From: Verrucomicrobiota bacterium
GTDB taxonomy: Bacteria; Verrucomicrobiota; Kiritimatiellia; Kiritimatiellales; JBHORO01
Direction of reading: 5' to 3'
Assembly (NCBI GenBank): GCA_042566005.1
Contig: JBHORO010000003.1
Location: forward strand, 1-63,914
DNA: 63,914 nucleotides
The position numbers and the translations under genes were made by a program. The notes beneath the pieces are model-generated. The model had not been told where the DNA came from, made no database searches, and saw nothing but the letters and a program-made list of their open reading frames with translations. Below, one piece after another: positions 40,532-47,934 of this stretch (positions within the stretch are counted from its first letter, which is position 1; each line of letters begins with the position of its first letter).

Positions 40532-41823
40532 TATTCCTCCGGCAGCGGAGTGGCCATAATGACCTCATCGGCGCTTTTGCGCGGGGCATGCCATTGCAAC
40601 GGAAGGTTAAACAGCGCCAGGAAAAGGCCGCGACCCACCCACAGCAACATTGCCGTGCCCAGCGTAAAGGATGCAACAAACAGCTGCATCAGGTGACGAA
40701 CCCCGTTGCCTTTCATGAATCCGGCAAAGATGCTGGTCGCCAGCATGCCGCAGGTCAGGAAAAAGTTACGTACAGCAATCCAGTTGCCGGCAACCGAATG
40801 CTCATTGAACGGCTCAGCACTGATGATGGCATTCACCCAAAAATTGAGCGTACCGAAAATCAAGTTAAGCAACAGCAGGCCACTCATCAGGTACCCGCCG
40901 GAAAAGATGATCATCGCCAGCTTACGGCGAAGCATAATCTTTGCACGCGCAATGCGGCCCAGGTGCGTGAAGCAGGCACGTGTTACGCCATACGCCCAAC
41001 GCATCTGCTGTTTATAGAGGTCCAGCACGCGGTACGGCGTTTCCCCGTCCACAACCAGGTCTGGCAGATAGTGGATATGGCCGCCACCCTCCATGATTCG
41101 GAGTGCGCAATCCACATCTTCGGTCAGGGCCTCTGTGCTCCAGCCGTTGATTTTTTCAAGCGCGGCCTTTTTGATCAGCATGCCGGAACCACACAGAAAC
41201 GCGCCTTTAAGGACGTATTTCAAAAACGGCAACATAATCATGTGAATGGTATCAATGATCCCCGCACCGAAAAGGGTCGTCAAATTCTGATGCGCATTGT
41301 TGATGTGCCAACGCGCCTGCACAGCCGCCAGATCCGGATTGATCACCACCGGGCGCACGAGTCGGCGCAGAAAATCTTTAGTCGGCACGAAATCAGAATC
41401 CAGCACCAGAATATAATCACCGTTTGAAATGGCGTTCATTGTGTTCAGGTTACCCGCCTTGAAGCCTTCATTGGTCGGGCGACGACTTACGCGCACGCCG
41501 GTTTTCGCAGCAAACTCGTCAATTTTAGCCGAAACTTCCGGCTGATTGCTGTCATCACCGATGATGATTTCGTAACGGTCCTTCGGATAGTCAAAGTCGA
41601 GGCAGCACTGGGCGCAGTTCAAAACAGCGGCCTCATTACGGCTCGGCAACTGAATCGTGACGTGAGGCAGCAGTTCATCGTCTTCGACTTCCGGCAGATG
41701 TTCCTGTTTACGGCAGAAAATCAGTACACTTACCGTCGTCACCAAATACATCGCCGACAGCAAAAAAGCACCGCACAAGACGCCATCAAACAAAATTGAA
41801 ATTATTTTTGAGAAAAGTTCCAT
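40531..41823 (-). CDS. Processive GT2 glycosyltransferase (cellulose-synthase-like)
   Basis: DDS, GFKAGNL, DSD, LTED, QQMRW (D,D,D,QxxRW) with flanking TM segments; ATG 41823 has an AAAGGA RBS. Confidence 0.9.
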   Translation of the reverse strand: MELFSKIISILFDGVLCGAFLLSAMYLVTTVSVLIFCRKQEHLPEVEDDELLPHVTIQLPSRNEAAVLNCAQCCLDFDYPKDRYEIIIGDDSNQPEVSAKIDEFAAKTGVRVSRRPTNEGFKAGNLNTMNAISNGDYILVLDSDFVPTKDFLRRLVRPVVINPDLAAVQARWHINNAHQNLTTLFGAGIIDTIHMIMLPFLKYVLKGAFLCGSGMLIKKAALEKINGWSTEALTEDVDCALRIMEGGGHIHYLPDLVVDGETPYRVLDLYKQQMRWAYGVTRACFTHLGRIARAKIMLRRKLAMIIFSGGYLMSGLLLLNLIFGTLNFWVNAIISAEPFNEHSVAGNWIAVRNFFLTCGMLATSIFAGFMKGNGVRHLMQLFVASFTLGTAMLLWVGRGLFLALFNLPLQWHAPRKSADEVIMATPLPEE

Positions 41824-41850
41824 CACTGTTCCTTTGTGAATAAAAGCGTC

Positions 41851-41879
41851 CTTGTAGCTGTTTGCTACGTGAATGTCAA
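41851..41879 (-). promoter_or_regulatory. Putative sigma70 promoter of the GT2 gene
   Basis: Minus strand TTGACA-N17-TACAAG. Confidence 0.5.
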
Positions 41880-42094
41880 TGCCGCGAGCTTTCAACCAAC
41901 AAGACTTACATACCCGACATTTAACAAACGTCTTGAACCCGAAATTTGATCAGCAACCATATTCCCAGTGGTCGCAGGCTTCGCCCGGCAATAAATACAA
42001 AACGGTAATCGTTGATCGAAATTGTATATTAAAACGAGCGTGACCCTGGAGGGGTCGGACTCATTCCAATGCTGAAGCAACTCCTTAGAAAGGA

Positions 42095-42556
42095 TCACCC
42101 CTTGCAGAGGCGGTAGAGCCAAATCAGATCTTTGGGAGGAATGCGGTATTCCGAGCCCTTGCCCTCAAAAAAACCGTGATCGCGAATCATGTGTGCATCC
42201 AGCGGCGTAAACTGAATACAGCGCTCTCCGGCGTGCACCTCAATCAGCGCCTTATGGCAATGTGCTGAACACTCGAACGGACAAGGAATAACCCCCATCA
42301 CCTCAATAGAGCGCGCCGTTATCTTCCCGTCGAACATCGATACCGCGCCTTCCCAGCTGCGGTCGGCCTCGCGATGAATCTCTTCCAGGAAACCTCCGAC
42401 CTCTTCCACCGTCAGTCCTGCCGCCTCGATTTCCCCTACATCCGCGGCAATAATATCTGAAATCGGACGATCGTCGTGTCCGAGAAAGCCGTCGACAGAA
42501 AGTGCGCCGGGTTCCAGTCGTTCGCGAATCAGTTTTTCAGCTGGATTTTTTTTCAT
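42095..42556 (-). CDS. Hypothetical Cys/His-rich soluble protein downstream of nqrF-like gene
   Basis: 153 aa; GFLGHD.R, IPCPFECSAHCHK, HMIRDHGFFEGKG; purine-rich RBS; same strand and 34 bp after nqrF-like gene. Confidence 0.75.
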   Translation of the reverse strand: MKKNPAEKLIRERLEPGALSVDGFLGHDDRPISDIIAADVGEIEAAGLTVEEVGGFLEEIHREADRSWEGAVSMFDGKITARSIEVMGVIPCPFECSAHCHKALIEVHAGERCIQFTPLDAHMIRDHGFFEGKGSEYRIPPKDLIWLYRLCKG

Positions 42557-42590
42557 ATCAGCCCCTTTTTTAAACGGAGAACGCGCGGTT

Positions 42591-43688
42591 CTAAAACTTA
42601 TCGAAGAAAATATTCTCTTCCGGCATACCGCGACTGGTCAAAGCGGCGACAGACGCATCAATCATACCCGGCGAACCGCAGAGGTAGGCCTCCATCTCCG
42701 TCAGATCCTCGCAGTACTTTTTCATCACCTCAGTTACGAGGCCGACATCCCCGTCCCACTCGTCCATTTCAGCCGGCTCGCTCAGGCACGGCACAAACCT
42801 GAAGGTCGGGATCTGGCGCTCAAACTCAGCCATCTGATCCAGACAGATCAGGTCCCTCCTGGCCCGTGCGCCGAAGAAATAGGTTACGTTGCGGGTAGTC
42901 CCCTCATTGCGAATATGCGCCAACATGCTCAGGAACGGAGCCATCCCGGAACCACCTGCGATAAAGACAACGTCCCTCTCTGTATGAGTCAGGCGGAAAT
43001 CGCCGTACGGCCCGTTAAAGACAACCGGCTGCCTCTCCTGCAGGTGCTCAAATACATAAGTCGTGCAAATGCCGTTCGGAACCCGGCGCACACAAAGGTC
43101 GACATGTGTCTTGTCCTGCGGATCGCTCGCCACCGAATAGGCACGGTAAACCGGCGTTTTATTTTTGGCATACTTCGGCGCCTGCAACTGGACATACTGA
43201 CCCGGAACGATGCCGATATCTTCGCCGGCTGGCAAAGCCAGGCGCAGCAGCTTGATGTCATGATTCAGATCAATGATCTGTTCAACAGAGCCCACATATT
43301 CACGGATACTGAAGAGCTCTTCCGGTACCTCAATCGCCATGTCCTCGCGAACTTTAACCTGACAGCTCAAACGAACATTTTCGGAGATCTCCTCTTTAGT
43401 GAGATGCGGTTCCTCGGTCGCCAGCAACGGCGGGCCGCCGGACTTGACCTTACATTTGCACATCGCACAACTTCCGCGGCCACCACAGGCAGAAGGGATA
43501 AACAGCGCCGATCGCGTCAGACTGCCGAGCAGCGTGTCCCCGCCCTGCACGGTGAGTTCTTTTTTCCCGTCGTTAATCGAAATTTTGCATTCGCCGTAAT
43601 CATTAAAATAACGGTCGGCAATCACCAGCAGTGTCGCGAGCACCCCGCAGATCGTGCACAAGGTTCCAACTGCAATCAGGAATGTCAT
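42591..43688 (-). CDS. nqrF: NqrF-like membrane-anchored [2Fe-2S]/FAD/NAD(H) oxidoreductase
   Basis: N-terminal TM, SACGGRGSCAMC...RLSCQ, RAYS, GPYG, GGSGMAP, YLCGSPGM, terminal FDKF. Confidence 0.8.
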   Translation of the reverse strand: MTFLIAVGTLCTICGVLATLLVIADRYFNDYGECKISINDGKKELTVQGGDTLLGSLTRSALFIPSACGGRGSCAMCKCKVKSGGPPLLATEEPHLTKEEISENVRLSCQVKVREDMAIEVPEELFSIREYVGSVEQIIDLNHDIKLLRLALPAGEDIGIVPGQYVQLQAPKYAKNKTPVYRAYSVASDPQDKTHVDLCVRRVPNGICTTYVFEHLQERQPVVFNGPYGDFRLTHTERDVVFIAGGSGMAPFLSMLAHIRNEGTTRNVTYFFGARARRDLICLDQMAEFERQIPTFRFVPCLSEPAEMDEWDGDVGLVTEVMKKYCEDLTEMEAYLCGSPGMIDASVAALTSRGMPEENIFFDKF

Positions 43689-43697
43689 GCGCCCTCC

Positions 43698-44324
43698 TTA
43701 AAACTTGATCATGCCGCTGAATCCAATGAACGCCAGAGCGATAATACCCGAGACAATAAGGGTGATCCCCGAACCGCGCAGCCCCGGCGGGACCTTGTCC
43801 TCTTTGATCTTCTCGCGAATACCGGCCATCAGCACAATCGCCAACAACCAGCCAATCCCGGATCCGAAACCAAAAATCAGCGATTTGGTGAAGTCGTAGC
43901 CCTCTTTGTTCAGCATGAAAAGCGACACCCCGAGAATCGCGCAGTTAACCGTGATCAACGGCAGAAAAATGCCGAGTGAAAAATAGAGGCTCGGCGAAAA
44001 ACGCTCGATAATCATTTCGACCAGCTGCACGAACGCCGCAATCACGACAATAAAGAGAATATATTCCAGAAACTCGATACCCAGCGGCACAGTGATGTAT
44101 TGGTGCACCAGATAGTTGATCGCAGCCGTACACGTCGTCACAAAGACCACCGCAACCCCGAGCCCGACACTGGTTTTCATCTGACGGGAAATCGCCAAAA
44201 ACGAGCACATCCCCAAAAAACGGGTCAGCAAAATATTATCCGTCAGAGCGGCTGCCAGGAAAATCACCAGCAACTGGATCATGTAGGTCGGTTCAACCTG
44301 AGGAGCAATTTCAGCCAACATCAT
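43698..44324 (-). CDS. nqrE: NqrE/RnfA family membrane subunit
   Basis: FLGMCSFLAIS, IAAFVQLVEM, LGIFLPLITVNCAILG, AGIREK. Confidence 0.85.
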   Translation of the reverse strand: MMLAEIAPQVEPTYMIQLLVIFLAAALTDNILLTRFLGMCSFLAISRQMKTSVGLGVAVVFVTTCTAAINYLVHQYITVPLGIEFLEYILFIVVIAAFVQLVEMIIERFSPSLYFSLGIFLPLITVNCAILGVSLFMLNKEGYDFTKSLIFGFGSGIGWLLAIVLMAGIREKIKEDKVPPGLRGSGITLIVSGIIALAFIGFSGMIKF

Positions 44325-44953
44325 TTGGAACCTCCCCCTTCATTCTTCAGCGCGACCGCATTCCCGAACCAGGCCACCAACGCCAGCATGAAGAACGCCC
44401 CCGGCGGCATCACCATGATCGTCCACTGATACCACCACACATCGCGGAACGGCAGTTCATAACCGAGAAGCGTGCCGAAACCCATTGACTCGCGAACCAC
44501 GGCAATAAACAGCAACACCACGCTGTAACCCAGCCCCGCGCCAATCCCGTCCAGCAGCGAATCCACCGGCTCGTTCTGCGATGCAAACGCCTCAGCGCGT
44601 CCCATAATAATGCAGTTGGTGATAATCAGCCCGACATACGGCCCGATCAGCTTGTGCACATCCGGAAACCAGGCCCGGATCGCGATATCCACGATAATCA
44701 CATACGCCGCGATGATCAGTACCTGCACCATCATACGCACCTGCTTAGGTGTGTGATGCCTTAGCAGCGAAACCGTAAAATTGGAAAGAGCCGTCGTAAA
44801 AATCAAACCCGCGCACATCAGGACCGTGTTTTTCAACAGGTTGGTCACTGCCAGCGTCGAACAGATGCCGAGCACCTGACGAAATACCGGATTGTCCGCC
44901 CACAAATTGGCGATCAGAGCCCTGCCTCCGTTCGTATCTCTAAAAGCCATCAC
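44321..44953 (-). CDS. nqrD: NqrD/RnfE family membrane subunit
   Basis: NPVFRQVLGICSTLAVT, VGLIITNCIIMGRAEAFA, RE..GFG, PPGAFF. Confidence 0.85.
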   Translation of the reverse strand: MMAFRDTNGGRALIANLWADNPVFRQVLGICSTLAVTNLLKNTVLMCAGLIFTTALSNFTVSLLRHHTPKQVRMMVQVLIIAAYVIIVDIAIRAWFPDVHKLIGPYVGLIITNCIIMGRAEAFASQNEPVDSLLDGIGAGLGYSVVLLFIAVVRESMGFGTLLGYELPFRDVWWYQWTIMVMPPGAFFMLALVAWFGNAVALKNEGGGSK

Positions 44954-45621
44954 TGACCTCCTTCACTACGCATCGCACGGTTGAACCGCATAATGTGATC
45001 GTTCAACATCCGCTCCATCGCCATCGACGTCTGGGTCGCACCCGTAATCGCATCAAACTGACGTTGGTACTGCGGGCTGCCCGGCTCCGGCTCAGAGGTA
45101 CCCATGTAAATGCACGGCGCCCCTTTTTCCGGCGGAGTGATCAGCAACCCTTCCTCAAACGGCCGGCTGAAAAAAGCTTCTTCAATACGACCGCCGAGCC
45201 CCGGCGTCTCTTTCTGCTCCACGATAATACACCCGAGCGTTTTTTGCAGATCCGGTGAAACCGCGAGCAGTCCTTCAATCGGGGCCCAGAAACCGACTCC
45301 GCGGAATTTAAATGCGTACGACTTAAGCCGCGTACGCTCCGCATCCTCGTAAGCTTTGAGCAATTTGAATTCCCAACCGGTCTCAGGGTCGGTGCGCGTT
45401 TCGGAATCGTCAATCTGGCGACTGACGACCTGCTCGATCTCGTCCTTACTGAGCCGGCTCACATCCGCCAATTTAAACAATCGGATCAAGGCCTTCTGGC
45501 GAATCAAGCGGGCGTTCTGCTCCAGCGTTTTGCGGGCCAACAGATTAATGCCCGTCACCCCCGCACCGAATACAGCGGCAACCGCCACCATAAAGAACAC
45601 AATATACAAACGCTTCATCAT
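44950..45621 (-). CDS. nqrC: NqrC/RnfG family FMN-binding subunit
   Basis: GVGFWAPI, ETPGLGGRI, covalent FMN motif DAITGATQTS. Confidence 0.85.
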   Translation of the reverse strand: MMKRLYIVFFMVAVAAVFGAGVTGINLLARKTLEQNARLIRQKALIRLFKLADVSRLSKDEIEQVVSRQIDDSETRTDPETGWEFKLLKAYEDAERTRLKSYAFKFRGVGFWAPIEGLLAVSPDLQKTLGCIIVEQKETPGLGGRIEEAFFSRPFEEGLLITPPEKGAPCIYMGTSEPEPGSPQYQRQFDAITGATQTSMAMERMLNDHIMRFNRAMRSEGGQ

Positions 45622-46673
45622 GCCCGCACCTCCGCCTTAGCGGCCGCGGCCTTCTTCCTGTTTTTGTCGGCCCGCGCCTTGCAGACCATTTCGACCGTCG
45701 GGCCGATCGTGTTACCCAACAAAATCGCAAAGGCCACCCCGCCGGCGAAAACCGCCTTCCAGCGGAAGAACACAATCATAAACCCGATAAACGCCCCGTA
45801 GATCAGCTGCGCGTTTTTATTTTTCGGTGCACTGATCGGGTCGGTAACCATAAAGAAGGCCGCATACAGCATCGCGCCAGAGCAAAGCGTCCAAAGTACG
45901 GGCGGAACCTTTTCCGCACCCAGGAAATAGCGAAAGATCACCGTTGCCGTGACCGCACCGCCCAACGTACTGACCGTCAGCCGCCAATTCGCCGTCTTAG
46001 TCCAGAGCAGATAAATTCCGCCGATGAATACCAGTAACGCGGAAACCTCGCCCATGGATCCGGCCGCCAGCGCGCGGGTCACACCGTCCGACGAGGTGAA
46101 CACATCCCCGATATTTCCGAGAAACAGATTCAACAGCCCGGCTTCATAAGCGTAATCGCGGCGCGACCACATCGGAGTCGCCGCCGTCATGGCATCGATC
46201 CCCTCATAAAAAGTCTGTACCGCCCAGTGAGCGAACCCGCCCGGAAACCCCTTCCAGACCGGAGTAAAACCACTCGTCATATCAACCGGGAAGCAGACGT
46301 AAATAAATCCGCGACCGACAATCGCCGGGTTGAACGGGTTACGCGCAAAACCACCGAACACCTCTTTACCAAACAGGATGCCCACCACAATACCGACCGC
46401 GGCCTGCCAGAACGGAAGCGTCGGCGGAAGCGAAAGCCCGAACAACATCGAAGTCACAAACACGGCCTCAGTCACCGGATCGCCGCGCCGTTTTGCCATG
46501 ATAAACTCAGCAAGCATCCCGACCAACGACACCCAGACCACCATCGCCAAAGAACGCCATCCGAAATAATAAACAGAACCGATGAGCGCAGGGATCAATG
46601 CGATCTCCACCTTGCGCATCATCGGCTGTTTCCTGAACCACGTTTTTTTCTTTGCGGGAGCTGCGTGGGCCAT
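45618..46673 (-). CDS. nqrB: NqrB/RnfD family membrane subunit
   Basis: KEVFGG..RNPFNPAIVGR, FMN motif DAMTAATP, GSMGEVS, FMVTDPIS, FAILLGN. Confidence 0.85.
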   Translation of the reverse strand: MAHAAPAKKKTWFRKQPMMRKVEIALIPALIGSVYYFGWRSLAMVVWVSLVGMLAEFIMAKRRGDPVTEAVFVTSMLFGLSLPPTLPFWQAAVGIVVGILFGKEVFGGFARNPFNPAIVGRGFIYVCFPVDMTSGFTPVWKGFPGGFAHWAVQTFYEGIDAMTAATPMWSRRDYAYEAGLLNLFLGNIGDVFTSSDGVTRALAAGSMGEVSALLVFIGGIYLLWTKTANWRLTVSTLGGAVTATVIFRYFLGAEKVPPVLWTLCSGAMLYAAFFMVTDPISAPKNKNAQLIYGAFIGFMIVFFRWKAVFAGGVAFAILLGNTIGPTVEMVCKARADKNRKKAAAAKAEVRA

Positions 46674-46703
46674 AGTTCTGTTCTCCGTTTTAACCGTTTA
46701 AAA

Positions 46704-47000
46704 TCATTGATGGCAGGCGCACCCGTTCCGATGCGTCCAGGTCATGGTCAGTCCTTTACCGAAAAACGAGGGGTCGTAATCAAAAGTGCAGTCACGGATC
46801 AGGTCGGCCATATCGGGTTTGACGAAAAAAAGAAGGCCGCCCGCCTGAATAATCTCCTCACCCGAAGGAGTTTGGCCGACGGGTCTGAGAACAGGCGTGC
46901 TGCCGCTGCAGGTTCCGAGGTAGCCCTGCACCTCAAACCCGACACTTCCCGCGGGCAGTAGCCCGGTCAAACGTTCTCTGGCAGCGTCCGACAAAGTCAT
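46704..47000 (-). CDS. HesB/IscA-like A-type Fe-S carrier
   Basis: MTLSDAA, GTCSG, T.DY..SFFGKG, C-terminal GCAC; AAGGAG RBS 7 nt before ATG 47000. Confidence 0.7.
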   Translation of the reverse strand: MTLSDAARERLTGLLPAGSVGFEVQGYLGTCSGSTPVLRPVGQTPSGEEIIQAGGLLFFVKPDMADLIRDCTFDYDPSFFGKGLTMTWTHRNGCACHQ

Positions 47001-47138
47001 CACGTCACTCCTTAAGCGCAACGGCGCCAGTCGAGTTCATTTTCTTTATTCACAAAAGCAGCACCAACGTATCCAAAAGACACATGCGTTAACATAAACA
47101 AACGCAACGACTCTGAAAAGAATATGATGTGCCAGAAC

Positions 47139-47169
47139 AAAAAAAAGACGGCCCGCTGGGCCGCCTTTT
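47139..47169 (-). terminator. Intrinsic terminator after the coiled-coil lipoprotein gene
   Basis: Minus strand AAAAGGCGGCCC-AGC-GGGCCGTCTTTTTTTT. Confidence 0.75.
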
Positions 47170-47213
47170 CAGATCGATTTAAAGAAAGTTTCTACATGCG
47201 CTGCCGCATCAGC

Positions 47214-47801
47214 CTATTTATCCGTGCCTTCGGCCGGCGCTTCCGCAGCAACCGCGGACGTAGATTTTTTAACGACCACCACCGCTGACGCTTCTTCAGC
47301 CGAAGCCGAAGCTGCGTTGAAATTGGCACTAGAGAAATTAGCCAACATGAACCGGCGCAACTGCTCGTTCTTTGCATTCACTTCAGCGAGCCCCGCTTCA
47401 GCCTGCATTTTCAGTTCCAGAAGGCGCTGAGTGAAAAGTTCTTTCGCGTCAGCAACTTTTTTCTCGGCAACGGCCAGCTGAGAAGCCAATTCAGTCGCGC
47501 GCTTAGATGACATTGAGCTTTCGGCTTTCAGCTTTTCAACTTCCTGCTGAGCTGAAATCAAAGCTGCACGGCTTTTGCTCAACTCCAAACGAAGCGGAGG
47601 AAGCTCACCCTTCACGTTATTCAACTCTAAGACATTCGCTTCAAATTTCGCGGAGGCACTCGCCAGCTCTGCGCTGACTTTCACCAACTCCAGTCTTGTC
47701 GCCTCATGTGCCGCCTGCTCGGCCTCGTAATCTGATTTTTTAACCAAACAACCCGTAAGCAAGATAGATGCGGACATTGCCATCAAAATGGACTTTTTCA
47801 T
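47214..47801 (-). CDS. Hypothetical coiled-coil lipoprotein
   Basis: MKK + lipobox LTGC, long heptad-rich helix, Ala-rich tail; AGGAGG RBS. Confidence 0.75.
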   Translation of the reverse strand: MKKSILMAMSASILLTGCLVKKSDYEAEQAAHEATRLELVKVSAELASASAKFEANVLELNNVKGELPPLRLELSKSRAALISAQQEVEKLKAESSMSSKRATELASQLAVAEKKVADAKELFTQRLLELKMQAEAGLAEVNAKNEQLRRFMLANFSSANFNAASASAEEASAVVVVKKSTSAVAAEAPAEGTDK

Positions 47802-47898
47802 TTGTTGCCTCCTAAAGCTTCAAAACTAAACAGCGTGCTAATAAGAACCTTATATAAGCACGCTCCTTTACATGACAAGCCTATACCAAAGCCCCAAC

Positions 47899-47927
47899 AA
47901 AAAAGAGGCGCCGTTTGGCGCCCCTTT
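47899..47927 (-). terminator. Intrinsic terminator after EF-G paralogue
   Basis: AAAAAAGAGGCGCC-GTTT-GGCGCCCCTTT. Confidence 0.7.
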
Positions 47928-47934
47928 AACGAGA

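Noticed and set aside
41955..41990. Cobalamin-riboswitch-like CCACTGGGAA on the minus strand
   Set aside because: The other conserved B12-element segments are absent; it is just a short hairpin.
46698..46706. Selenocysteine readthrough of the HesB-like TGA
   Set aside because: The TGA follows the complete CxC motif and a TAA lies two codons later; the motif Cys residues are normal Cys codons.
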